A stretch of DNA of 64,000 bases from Acidobacteriota bacterium (GCA_040755995.1 JBFMAF010000020.1:161452-225451), one strand, 5' to 3'; positions 8,823 to 18,726 are shown, numbered from the stretch's first letter. Program-made: numbers and translations. The notes: generated by a model not told the origin, from the sequence alone.

Positions 8823-9299
8823 TCAGCAATTACCGGGGGCTGCCGACCCCCTTGCGACACGAATCGCCAATAGGATCGCCCGATGCAGGGACTCGAACCC
8901 ATGACCTGGGCAGGATACCCACGGTCTTCCAGCTTCGCTCGCCGCGCGCCGGAGAAACCGCCCCAGGCCGGTCCTCACGAAGCGCATCAACACCAGGACA
9001 TCGGATTGCCGAATCCGAGTCTCACACCCCTGTCTGAGCCTCCCCCAACTACTGCCCCAGCCGGGGAAGATGAACTCAAGACTACAACCCGGCTCCTCTG
9101 CGGCGATCGCCGTGCGAAGATCGTCACCATAGGCAGCTTGCGTCTCGTTACCCCCGATGAACAACACCCGGACTGGCATTGTTCGAACAGCCGAGGGAGC
9201 GCTAGGCGCAGCCTCCGTCGAACACGCCGCTACCAGAAGACGACGTCTTAGCGCCTCGATCGATTCCTTCGACTCCCCAAGGTGCTCCAGACGTAGCAC
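8823..9299 (-). pseudogene. C-terminal DUF2325-like domain of a larger 5'-truncated gene
   Basis: VRVLFIGGNETQ...SDVLVLMRFVRTGL...GHGFESL; frame cut off by repeat copy 2. Confidence 0.5.
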
Positions 9300-9304
9300 G
9301 ATTT

Positions 9305-9487
9305 CTGCAGAGCGTGCAGGCGATGCCGGAAGTCGGCCAGTCGGCGACGTTCTCCGCGATCTTCCAGGCGGCGATGCCGCACTTGACCGAGTGGAAGAGC
9401 TACGCGGCCTTCGCCCTGCACGTCGACCGGATCATGGTGCAGCTGGCGCTGATCACCGCAGCGAAGGCCATGGGAGAACCAGCGTAG
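9305..9487 (+). pseudogene. 3' part of a second, diverged Csm2-like gene
   Basis: Translates as LQSVQAMPEVGQSATFSAIFQAAMPHLTEWKSYAAFALHVDRIMVQLALITAAKAMGEPA*. Confidence 0.85.
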
Positions 9488-9802
9488 CGGAAGATTCGAC
9501 GGCGGGCCGGGGACCGGGTGACGCCGAGGTTGTCTACTCGCGCGGCCGACTGATGACGTGAAACGCTGACGCCGGCTAGCGCGACCTTCGCGAGTAGTTC
9601 CGGATGGCCCTGTCGGTGCGACCTTCGAGCCCGTGTGGCGCGATCCGGCCGCACTCGCCGGTCCCAGCCTGCGGAGCGCACAGAGACAGGCACTTCTGGC
9701 TCCTGTTTCTGGTCTTCACGCAGCCTGATGGTCTCCCGGCCAGTCTGACTTGTCGGCGCTGTTTCATCAATCCCTCCTCCAAGCCACTGACTATATCAGA
9801 TC
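9307..9802 (+). repeat. About 500 bp diverged direct repeat, copy 2
   Basis: Co-linear with 3431-3929. Confidence 0.95.
9576..9767 (-). CDS. 63-aa basic Cys-rich small protein, copy 2
   Basis: Intact ORF with RBS; all four Cys and the GRIAPH motif retained. Confidence 0.65.
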   Translation of the reverse strand: MKQRRQVRLAGRPSGCVKTRNRSQKCLSLCAPQAGTGECGRIAPHGLEGRTDRAIRNYSRRSR

Positions 9803-9984
9803 GCCCTGCGTCTTTCTGGGGCATGTGGGGAGGGGTATCTTGGTGTCTCTGCATCTGCCCTGCCAAGACGGCTGTTCGTTGACATGGCGACCGTCTCGGC
9901 CTACATTCTGGTGGCGCTGCACAGGGTCGGGCTCATCGAAGACGAGCTCGAGCAGCTCAAGGGGGTGCGAGACAACTGCCGACC

Positions 9985-10976
9985 ATGCACATCTCGATCC
10001 GGGTGCCCTGGCACGACGACCGGTGGTCAGGAAAGGTGTGTCGACGACCACGCGAGAACATCGAGTGCCTCGCCTTGCGAAGGATTGTAGATAGAAAGAA
10101 CGACGACCAGGAAGAACAATGCGCCGAGATCGGGATGGGCGAACTCGATGAGCAGAAGCGCCCCCCCTGCGCCACGGAGCGCGCATTCTTCATGGCGGAC
10201 TTCGAATTGGAGAGGTTGGCAACCCATCCCTACAAGGGGAAGAACCCCCTTTACGACGCTTTTCTCCCCACTCCGTTTAAGCATCCGGCTTATTCGGCCG
10301 CATGCATTCCCTTCCGCTGGATGCTGACCGAGCAGGTCACAGGGGATGAGCGGAAACGGATCAAGAGCCTCGCCGAATCACTCCGCCTCGGATACGACTC
10401 GCATAGAGAACCAAAGCTCGACAGAGAAACCGACTGGGTACAGGAGTTCCAGAATCAGCGCTGCCTGCTCGATACCTGCTTCAGTGGAATCGAGCCAGAT
10501 GAGTCTCTGTGTTTCTTCTACGCCAAGAGCACGCCGATGTCCAAATCCAACCGACGAGTCATTGTAGGAGTAGGCAGGGGCCGACCCAAGGAGAATGCGC
10601 GCCTTTGTCACTGCCGCGCTCGAGAACGCTGCGGACAGAGGACACACTCTACTGCCGAGGGACCTAGTTATCGATGCCGTTCAGGAACGCGAGGCTTGCC
10701 CGAAAGTGCCATGCACGAGGGACGTACTGGCTGCCGCCGAGGAGACCTTCGATCCGGCAGTGCTCATCATTAACCGAGATGGAGGCGAATCGTTCTACCA
10801 ATTGGACCGATTCGTGGCGACACGGCGATTGATAGCGACCGAGGTCGAGAAGCGACTGAAAGGCAAGCGGCACGAGAGGGACCTCCCCTGGCACGACATG
10901 GTTAGCCAGTCATTGCCTGCGTTGCCTGACGAAAAGACAGAACGCGCCATCGAGAAGAAGGCCCGAGAGGAGAAGG
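9985..10976 (+). pseudogene. Internally deleted, truncated RecD-like (SF1B) helicase with a long N-terminal domain
   Basis: HISIRVPWHD.RW.G.VC N-terminus through RVIVGVGR, then a frame jump to DPRRMRA...AADRGHTLLP (RecD2-like); ends before any Walker A motif. Confidence 0.6.
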
Positions 10977-11405
10977 ATGCGCATCTGCGGGCTGGCTTCA
11001 TTCAAACGCTGGGCTCAGAGCTTCGGAGGTGATGTGGAAGTGATCAAGCCGGCGTAGGACAGGGCGAGGGACTCCGCGAGCGCCACGCCGCTACGACTTC
11101 TTCCCTTCCTTGCAGGAATCCCCCCGGTTCCTCTTGTTCCTGCTTGAGAACAATGGAAATGAACCTGTGCTTGGAGTAGCATGCGGGCAGGTGACACCGA
11201 TGGAAGTCTGCCACTGGAAATGCAGGGCGCCCGGGAATCGCACAGCCACGCTGTCGATTGAGGAACGGGAGCGAGACCGTACTCGACTGCTCCACAGCAG
11301 GCCTCCGGAAGCGAGGCATTATCACGCGCGCACCGTACTGCCGCTACATCCAGGCCCGTCGGGCTGACCACTGCAAAGGCAATGGCACCACAGGAGAGAG
11401 AGCAC

Positions 11406-12554
11406 ATGACAGATGAAACAACGCTCGTCGTGCGCAACTTCGCGCAGATCGAAGAGGTGAACCTCAGCTTCGGGGACTTGTCTGTGCTCGTGGGAGCCCA
11501 GGCGACGGGGAAGAGCTTGGCGCTGCAGTGGATGAAGACCGCGATCGACGGCCGGCAGATCGTCTCTGCACTGCGCGATGCGGGGCAGGATGTAAGAGAT
11601 CCCAAAGTTCTTGTCGACTTGATCTTCGGGGTCGGCATGGCTGCCGCCTGGCGCAGCGATTCCAAGGTGATCTTCAACGGCAATGAAATACGGCCTGCAG
11701 AGATCCACAAGATCGGCAACGGTAAAGAAAAGGCCTTTTTCATACCGGCCCACCGATCGATTCTCATCAGCGACGGGTGGGCGGCACCTTTCCAGAAGCT
11801 CACCTCGGATACGCCGGTCGTCGCGAGGATTTTTAGCCAGAATCTCTTTGAGCGCTTCAGTGCTCGTGGCAGCGGCGATCTGTTCCCGCTTCCACGGGTG
11901 CTGAAAGGGCAATACCGCGAGATCATCGATTCAGCCGTATTTCACGGGGGTGTGATCGGCCTTGAACAGGACCGGCAGCACGCAAAGCGCCTGAGGCTGA
12001 AGTATGGCGAATCTCAGCTTCCATTCATGACGTGGACCGCTGGACAGCGCGAGTTCACTCCGCTGCTTCTCGGGCTTTACCACCTGCTTCCACCAAGGCG
12101 ACTCGTGAAGCAGCCCGAGATCGATTGGGTGATAATCGAGGAACCGGAGTTGGGGCTCCATCCGGAGGCTGTGACAGCGTTCCTGCTTCTCACGCTCGAT
12201 CTCCTGTGGCGTGGCTACAGGGTGGTGCTCTCCACTCACTCGCCGCACGTGCTGACGGCGATTTGGATGCTTAGGAGGCTCCGGCAGCATAACGCGCGTT
12301 GGCAGTTGCTCTGCGATGCGTTCGATGTGCGACGATCTCAGGACTTCCAGAAGGTCGCGGAGGCCGCGCTTCACAAGAGCTACCGCGTCCATCTGCTGGA
12401 GTTCGGTCCGGACGGCAAAGTGCGATCCTCAGACATCTCCAACCTCGACCCTGAAGCTAGCGATGAAGGCGAATCCGGCTGGGGCGGGCTGACGGGCTTC
12501 AGCTCGCGCTTCGGCGATGCCGTACGAAAGGCCGTAAACGAGAGCGGCCGATGA
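11406..12554 (+). CDS. Soluble ABC-type ATPase (AAA_15/AAA_21-like)
   Basis: VRNFAQI, Walker A GAQATGKS, signature TAGQRE, Walker B/D-loop IIEEPELGLHP, H-loop STHS; no TM segments. Confidence 0.85.
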   Translation: MTDETTLVVRNFAQIEEVNLSFGDLSVLVGAQATGKSLALQWMKTAIDGRQIVSALRDAGQDVRDPKVLVDLIFGVGMAAAWRSDSKVIFNGNEIRPAEIHKIGNGKEKAFFIPAHRSILISDGWAAPFQKLTSDTPVVARIFSQNLFERFSARGSGDLFPLPRVLKGQYREIIDSAVFHGGVIGLEQDRQHAKRLRLKYGESQLPFMTWTAGQREFTPLLLGLYHLLPPRRLVKQPEIDWVIIEEPELGLHPEAVTAFLLLTLDLLWRGYRVVLSTHSPHVLTAIWMLRRLRQHNARWQLLCDAFDVRRSQDFQKVAEAALHKSYRVHLLEFGPDGKVRSSDISNLDPEASDEGESGWGGLTGFSSRFGDAVRKAVNESGR

Positions 12555-13108
12555 AGCCGGACCGCAGGAGGCGCGTGCAGCAAACACCGATCCGCGCCGC
12601 TCTGACCACGACCTCAGGCTTGAGGTCCCAGGTCCGAGACTATCTTGGGGCGATGAAACATGCCCATCTCGCCCATGTTGACATGTCCCTGCGAACGGAA
12701 TTCGCGGACAGCATGAACCTCGACGAAGCTATGCGACGCGGACACAGCAGGGAGAGCCGGTGGGACTACCTGCTTGGTCACGAGCCCTCCACCCTCGTCA
12801 TCGGCCTCGAACCGCACTCCGCGGCCACACGTCAAATCTCTACGGTCATCGCGAAGCGCAAGGCTGCTTGGCGCCAGCTCAGGCCACACCTCAAACCCGG
12901 CGCAACCGTAGCCGCGTGGCTGTGGGTCGCATCGGGCGAGGTCCATTTCGCGGACACGGAAAAGGCTCGGCGGCAGCTCGACCAGCATGGCATCCAGTTC
13001 GTCGGCAGGACCTTGCAGCGAAAGCATATACCTCGCCCCGCCGGAGGAAAGGCAAGGACCACTGCCCCTACTAGTCGCGAATGCCCTCGTCCTTGCTGCA
13101 CCGTATGA
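12551..13108 (+). CDS. Hypothetical partner of the ATPase, possible PD-(D/E)xK-like nuclease
   Basis: ATGA overlap; LDEA...RWDYLLG...IGLEPHSA...VIAK pattern. Confidence 0.6.
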   Translation: MKPDRRRRVQQTPIRAALTTTSGLRSQVRDYLGAMKHAHLAHVDMSLRTEFADSMNLDEAMRRGHSRESRWDYLLGHEPSTLVIGLEPHSAATRQISTVIAKRKAAWRQLRPHLKPGATVAAWLWVASGEVHFADTEKARRQLDQHGIQFVGRTLQRKHIPRPAGGKARTTAPTSRECPRPCCTV

Positions 13109-13264
13109 CGAGGTTGCCCAGCGGCCGGTTGAGCGCGTCGGCCACGCCCTCCGCCTTGCTCCTCCCCGCATCGGCCCCGAACGCGTTGACATCGACGCCG
13201 ACTGGTCAATCAGAAACAAGATGCATCCGGGATTGCTGCGACTGATCTCTGCTGCGTATGCCAT
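13071..13264 (-). pseudogene. 5' fragment of a vWA (TerY-like) protein, frameshifted
   Basis: MAYAAEISRSNPGCILFLIDQSASM (MIDAS DxSxS), continuing in another frame as KAEGVADALNR...IRCSKDEGIRD*. Confidence 0.7.
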
Positions 13265-13508
13265 GGTCATTTCCTCCCTTGTCTTCCATGCGTCCACAGA
13301 CAATGTCGACCGTGGCGCGACAAGATTCTTGCCGCGGCTGCCAAACCGTGTGAATGAAGAAGCGATCTACAGCGGATGATCGATGGACCGATTGTCGGGT
13401 CTGTCGTCATTTATCATGCCAAATGACGACGGCGCCGTCAGGCCGGCTGCACCGACAGCACGGCTGCACAGGCGATGGAGATCTGCCGGGCAGAACAGTC
13501 GAGGAGCG

Positions 13509-13763
13509 TTATCCCGCTCGATTCAAGCGACCTTCGCGCTCTGTGTCCGAGTCGCGCCGCGTGCGAGATACCCACGCCTGGGCGTCTTCCCCTGCCAAAG
13601 GACAGGGGACGATGCCTGAGATCTCCAGCCACTTCCGGCGCGGGCTCGACCGCTCATGCGCCCGGTTGGCCTCCTGGATCAGATGCACCGCGAAACGCAG
13701 CTTCTCCTGTGTTGACAGGCCATTGGCCCGCGAGATCAGGTCGTCAAGCAAAGTGGATGGCAT
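13509..13763 (-). CDS. Orphan antitoxin, paralog of 7489-7743 (diverged repeat, about 13490-13790 vs 7470-7770)
   Basis: Same length and motifs; the downstream toxin start is ATA instead of ATG and similarity ends after a few codons. Confidence 0.75.
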   Translation of the reverse strand: MPSTLLDDLISRANGLSTQEKLRFAVHLIQEANRAHERSSPRRKWLEISGIVPCPLAGEDAQAWVSRTRRDSDTEREGRLNRAG

Positions 13764-13974
13764 CTCGCCTCGCTAATTCCATCATACACGGCCCCATCTC
13801 ACGGGCAAGGACGTTGCACCAGAGTCTCTCACGATGCGGAACCAAGACTCGCCCGATTGCTCAAGGGTCAGGCTCGCGCCAACATAGCGCACAGGGGTAC
13901 TGAGGCCAACCAGGTTCAATGGCTCGCGCGATGAATGTGCGAGATCCCGCCGGATAGTTGCGGGACCGCCCTGG

Positions 13975-15735
13975 CTACGCCACTTCGAGCCACCTGAACC
14001 AGATCGGGTGGTTCTGCTTGTACCAGCTCAAGACGTGGCGCATGAAGTCCTTCTTCTCCGGCGGCACTACCGTGTCGTCGACACGGTCGAAGAAGATCCG
14101 GATTCCCTCGTCGCCGATGAACTCGAGCGCCTCCGAGTACCAGGTCTGAAGCTCGTTCCGGATGCGACCCGAGTCGGATATCTTCACGGGCCGGGTCTTG
14201 TAGTCCTGGCCGGCGTAGAACCGGTCGAGCAGCGGCGAGAAGACACGCTTGCTCTCTTCAAACGTCTCCAGCAGCCTCAGGGTCAGCGCTATTTCGCGGA
14301 TCCCGCGCTCGCTGGTCGCCCTGGTCGTGACGCGATACGTCAGCGGCCCAACCTCTTCGACTCCGTCCACACCCGCGTATGGATCCGGGAGCATGTAGCC
14401 GGCCAGCGCGAGCCCGCTCCACTCCTTCTTCGGGAAGAAGTCGTCGACGGTCACGGTTCTTCGAGCGAGCGGCATGCCGGCCGCCGCGGCGTGGCGCAGT
14501 ATCCCGCGGTAGAGATCGACATCCTTGTCGGTCGCCTGACGACCCAACAGATCCGCGAGGTCCCGCGGGAACGTCGCCGAATCGGGGTCGAGGTGCATCA
14601 GCTGAGCCTCGCGCCTGTACGAGGCGTCGAACTTGGAGGAGAAGACAGCCATCGAAGTCGTGAGATCGAGCATCGGATCCAGACTCGCGGCCTGAATCGC
14701 CTCGGCGGTGGCCGCATAGCCGTCGCAGAGGAGAAGATGCGTGTTTCCTTCCGGATCCTGAAAGGGACCGACCGCGTATGTCGGAGCGTAGGTCCCGGAT
14801 TCGCCGAACGCGGGGCCGCCTCCGGGCACCACCCATCCATCCTCGACCAGGTGCGCTCCGGCGCTCCTCCACTCCTCCCACAGCTCCCCGATGCGCGGCT
14901 CGCGCGCCCTGCCTCCGAGCGTCCACACGTGCACATGCTCCGGTCGAATCCCCGGGTACGTGGCGCGAATGCACTCCATCACGAGCGCACGCGGCGCCAG
15001 GTAGTTGAGCAGGACAGAGCGGTCGGCGGCGGTCTCGACGACCTTGCGCGGCAGCGCAAGATAGCCCATGTAGCCCTCGTACGGCAGCGCGATCCGCAGC
15101 GGCTGATCGAAAAGATGGAGCACACCCATCGGCCCCGTTGGCGAGCCCTTGACGAAGCGCGATGTGTTCTCCAGCGTATCGATCGCGGCTCCCCAGATCG
15201 TGATGCCGTTGCGCTGCCTATCCGCCCAGAAATCCTCCCAGCGGTAGAACGGATCGTTGATGAGGCGATGGACGAGCCTGTCGACATACCGGGCGACCTG
15301 CGGGCGCGCGTACACGCGACCGAACCCGAGCAGCGGATTGGAGCCCATCTCGGGCGTCTCGCCGACCTTCGGCATGAGACCCTCACCAAGGCTCACCATG
15401 ACCGCGTGGTTCTCCGGGAGCCCGCGCGTGAGATACCACAGCGCCTCGCTCATCGCGTAGGCAGAGATGGCGTCGGCATCCTTCTTGACGAGGTTCAGGC
15501 TGGACTTGTCGAGCCCCTTGCCTTCGCCGTACCTCCCGAACAGACGGGTTCCCAACGCGGTCACTGCAGCCGTGACAATGAAACCCTTCTCCAGCGCGGG
15601 CCCGACGAAGGAGAACTCGCGCGTGCGGTCTCCCCGCACCATCCTCTCCTCCACGTTCTCCAACCAGAGGTGGAACCGGCCGAGAATCGACTTGGTGTCG
15701 AACGCCCACTGTGCGAGGTGATTTTCATGCTCCAT
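13975..15735 (-). CDS. Divergent GlpX-like (class II FBPase / FIG superfamily) phosphatase
   Basis: KKDADAIS, VSLGEG and AIDTLENT correspond to the GlpX motifs K..AD, GEG and DP(I/L)EGT; about 586 aa. Confidence 0.55.
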   Translation of the reverse strand: MEHENHLAQWAFDTKSILGRFHLWLENVEERMVRGDRTREFSFVGPALEKGFIVTAAVTALGTRLFGRYGEGKGLDKSSLNLVKKDADAISAYAMSEALWYLTRGLPENHAVMVSLGEGLMPKVGETPEMGSNPLLGFGRVYARPQVARYVDRLVHRLINDPFYRWEDFWADRQRNGITIWGAAIDTLENTSRFVKGSPTGPMGVLHLFDQPLRIALPYEGYMGYLALPRKVVETAADRSVLLNYLAPRALVMECIRATYPGIRPEHVHVWTLGGRAREPRIGELWEEWRSAGAHLVEDGWVVPGGGPAFGESGTYAPTYAVGPFQDPEGNTHLLLCDGYAATAEAIQAASLDPMLDLTTSMAVFSSKFDASYRREAQLMHLDPDSATFPRDLADLLGRQATDKDVDLYRGILRHAAAAGMPLARRTVTVDDFFPKKEWSGLALAGYMLPDPYAGVDGVEEVGPLTYRVTTRATSERGIREIALTLRLLETFEESKRVFSPLLDRFYAGQDYKTRPVKISDSGRIRNELQTWYSEALEFIGDEGIRIFFDRVDDTVVPPEKKDFMRHVLSWYKQNHPIWFRWLEVA

Positions 15736-16008
15736 GTGCATCCGGCGCCCCTTTCCACACAAGGACTCGGTCTGACGAGAGGGCCGGGCTCTCGCCGATC
15801 CCGACCCCTGCCATGTGCTACTCGGGGATTATAGCACCGGGAGCCCTCCGTGGTGCTATCGAACCTGCCTCTACATGAACTCCCGCTTCTTCGGAAACCG
15901 AGCCCGAAGCCCGCGTTGGTACAGGACCGAGGATTGGATTCTTTCGGAGAAGAGAGGCCCGAAACCGGCGTCTGAGTCGTCCGTATGATCGAGAAGGAGG
16001 AGAAGTCG

Positions 16009-17892
16009 ATGATGCGTGTGTCGGTGGTCTTGTCGGTGCTGGCGTTGTGTGCGGTCGCGGCGGGGGAGGAGGGCATGATCGAGTTTGATCCAGACCGCTG
16101 GGACATGGCTCAAGCGAAGGTAGTGGATCATCTTGGTCGAAAGGCGCTGATGGGTACGGCCAATCTCAAGGCTCTCGAGTTCGAGAACGGCGTGATCGAG
16201 GTGGATGTGGCCGTGACCGGCGCGCGGTCTTACCCTGGGATCCTCTTCCGTACTCAGCCGGGCGGCCACTGGGAACGCTTCTACATCCGCCCGCACCGTG
16301 CCGGCTGTGTCCCACCTTCACTCTACACGGACGTGCTGCAGTACGTGCCGGCGTGGAACGGCGTTGACTCATGGCAGCTCCACACCGGCGCCGGCCGCAC
16401 GGCCGGGTTCACGATCCCGTTGAATCAGTGGGTCCGCGTGAGGCTGGAAGTCTCAGGGACGCAGGCTCGTGTGTTCGTGGGGGAATCAGCGCAACCGGCG
16501 CTTCTGATCAATGATCTACAGCACGGCGGAAGCAAAGGAGGGATCGGGCTGATGGGGCCTCTCGACGGCACAGCATACTTCTCCCGGTTTTCATACCGCC
16601 CGGACGACGCGTTGCGCTTCGACCCGCCTCCGGTCCCGAACACAGCGCCGGGGATAATTTCCAAATGGCAGCTGTCGAAGCCGTTCAAAGCCCTCCGCAT
16701 CGACACCGAGAAGACACCGGAAGCGCAGGGATTGACCGACCTCGGCTGGCAGGACGTGGTCGCCGACTCGGCGGGTGTTGTGGATGTGTCGCACCGCTAC
16801 GGCCGCAGCGGCGAGCCCGACTGCGTGTTCGCGCGCACGACGATCAGGGCCGATGCGGAGAGGACGCTCAAGTTGAACCTGGGGTATAGCGATATCATCA
16901 GTGCATTCATCAACAGCGATCTAGTCTTCACTGCGAACAGCGCATACGGCTCCCGCGATCCGTCTTTCCTCGGTGTTCTCGGCTTCAACGACACGCTGTA
17001 CCTGCCACTTCGAAAAGGTGACAACGAGCTGCTCCTGGCCGTCACCGAGTTGAGCGGCGGCTGGGGCTTCATGGCGCAGGATGCGGACACGGTCTTTCTG
17101 GCACCCGGAGTGGAGATGGCCTGGGAGACCCCCAAGGAGCTCTCGCTGCCCGAGTCCGCCGTGTACGACCCGGTCTCCGGGGCCGTCTACGTGTCCAACT
17201 GGGACGGGTACAATCGCGGCGGCCCCGAGGCGAAGCAGTTCATCAGCAAGATCTCGCCGGACGGCAAGCTCGACAAGCTGCAGTGGGTAGCTGGCCTCAG
17301 GAACCCAACCGGTCTGGCCACCCATGCTGAGAAGCTGTACGCGGTAGAGGCGAATTCGGTGGTAGAGATCTCCATTCCGGAAGCGAGAATCGTGAAGCGT
17401 CATGATCTTCCGGGCTCGGCCATGCTGAACGACATCACGGTTACCCAACAGGGGGACCTCTATATTTCGGACACGCGGAAGGGGGTGATCTTCAGGCTCG
17501 CCGGAGGGAAGGCTGAAGAGTGGCTATCCTCGCCCGAGCTCGCGCGTCCCAACGGCGTGCACGTGCGAGGTGACGCGCTGTTGATCGGTTCGATGGGCGA
17601 CGGGTGGGTCAAAGAGATCAAGCTTGCGACGAAAGAGATCCGCAAGATCGCCGATCTGGGCCCCGGCATCATCGATGGGATCGAGAGCGATCAGGCAGGC
17701 GGTATCTTGGTCTCGCATTTCAACGGGAGGCTCTTCCGTATCGGGCCGAATGGGGAAGTGACGAAGCTGCTGGACCTGACGGCCGGCCAGACGAACATCG
17801 CCGACATCGGTTACATTCCGGGCAAGAACATGGTCATCTGTCCCGCGACACTGAGCGGGAGAATCGGGGCGTATCGGATTGGCGGAAGGTGA
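16009..17892 (+). CDS. Secreted protein: DUF1080-like N-domain, jelly-roll-like middle domain, SMP-30/gluconolactonase-like beta-propeller
   Basis: Signal peptide; FENGVIEVDV..GILFR; LSLPESAVYDP, LNDIT, PNGV, IDGIE. Confidence 0.65.
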   Translation: MMRVSVVLSVLALCAVAAGEEGMIEFDPDRWDMAQAKVVDHLGRKALMGTANLKALEFENGVIEVDVAVTGARSYPGILFRTQPGGHWERFYIRPHRAGCVPPSLYTDVLQYVPAWNGVDSWQLHTGAGRTAGFTIPLNQWVRVRLEVSGTQARVFVGESAQPALLINDLQHGGSKGGIGLMGPLDGTAYFSRFSYRPDDALRFDPPPVPNTAPGIISKWQLSKPFKALRIDTEKTPEAQGLTDLGWQDVVADSAGVVDVSHRYGRSGEPDCVFARTTIRADAERTLKLNLGYSDIISAFINSDLVFTANSAYGSRDPSFLGVLGFNDTLYLPLRKGDNELLLAVTELSGGWGFMAQDADTVFLAPGVEMAWETPKELSLPESAVYDPVSGAVYVSNWDGYNRGGPEAKQFISKISPDGKLDKLQWVAGLRNPTGLATHAEKLYAVEANSVVEISIPEARIVKRHDLPGSAMLNDITVTQQGDLYISDTRKGVIFRLAGGKAEEWLSSPELARPNGVHVRGDALLIGSMGDGWVKEIKLATKEIRKIADLGPGIIDGIESDQAGGILVSHFNGRLFRIGPNGEVTKLLDLTAGQTNIADIGYIPGKNMVICPATLSGRIGAYRIGGR

Positions 17893-17905
17893 GAGGAGGC
17901 AACAG

Positions 17906-18502
17906 GTGGAACGCAGGGTGATCTTGGGGGCATTCGGCAGATGTTGCGTGGGGGCCGGCCTGTGTGCCGCCATGCCGAAGCTGGCGCTCGGCACGGAGCA
18001 GGCTGCTGAAGACGAGTCGGTGGGCCACAGCTGCCAGGAGAAGATCGAGTTTGCCGAGGGTTGGATCAAGCGACTCATGGATGTGCTCGACCAGACGACC
18101 GACGGAGAGACGCGGCGGAGAATAATGGAGGCGAATGGGCGTGCCTGTGCGGCCAACTACATCGCGAGCAGCGGCCGCGAGATCAAGCCCGTGGCGTTCG
18201 CAGACTGGGTCGAACGGTTAAAGCAGCGGCCGGACGACGGTTCAATCAGAGTCGAGGGCCGGACGATCTACTTCCAGTATCTGAAGAACTACCAGGGGCT
18301 CGATGCCCCAGAGTCATTCTGCCTGTGCCCTCTGGTCGAATCCAAGCCCAAGGGGATTTCGGGCACTTACTGCCAATGCTCGGTCGGCTACATCCGAGAG
18401 CTCTTCAGCCGCACCTTCGGGCAGTCGGTGCAGGTAGAGCTGCTCGACTCGGTGCTGCGCGGCGGCAAGCGCTGTAAGTTCAAGATTGAGGTGGCGGCCT
18501 GA
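17906..18502 (+). CDS. Cys-rich DUF6144-like protein with a Tat-like signal
   Basis: RBS GAGGAGG; ERRVIL; GRACA, CLCPLV, YCQCSVG, RCKFKI. Confidence 0.6.
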   Translation: MERRVILGAFGRCCVGAGLCAAMPKLALGTEQAAEDESVGHSCQEKIEFAEGWIKRLMDVLDQTTDGETRRRIMEANGRACAANYIASSGREIKPVAFADWVERLKQRPDDGSIRVEGRTIYFQYLKNYQGLDAPESFCLCPLVESKPKGISGTYCQCSVGYIRELFSRTFGQSVQVELLDSVLRGGKRCKFKIEVAA

Positions 18503-18542
18503 CGGCCACCGCGTGAGGTCGCGGTCAGCCGCCAGGCTCCGA

Positions 18543-18580
18543 TGTTCGGAAACGAACAATCGGTGTTCCGCTGCCGGACA
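18543..18580. promoter_or_regulatory. Candidate enhancer sites for a sigma54 activator
   Basis: Perfect palindrome TGTTCG-GAAA-CGAACA plus an imperfect TGTTCCG-CTG-CCGGACA, about 150-180 bp upstream of a sigma54 site. Confidence 0.5.
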
Positions 18581-18726
18581 GTCTTGTGGGCTGGGTCGCT
18601 CGAGGAGACGACCCGTCTCGGACGGCCGATCATTGAGAGACGGGGCGTCAAGCGCAACTGCATGATTCGCAGGGCCTGGCGAACCAGCCAGGGGCGGCTC
18701 ACCAGCCGTGCCCGGTGACAGGCACG

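Noticed and set aside
8888..8907. GGGACTCGAACCCATGACCT resembles a tRNA T-arm or att site (reverse strand)
   Set aside because: No acceptor or anticodon arms; it lies in the coding frame PGHGFES and does not match the tRNA-Ala in the window
3431..9802. DGR template/variable repeat pair
   Set aside because: Differences are not adenine-specific and there is no reverse transcriptase in the window
3600..13900. Integron cassette array explaining the TA-rich mosaic
   Set aside because: Genes lie in mixed orientations, with no recurring attC-like RYYYAAC/GTTRRRY structure and no IntI
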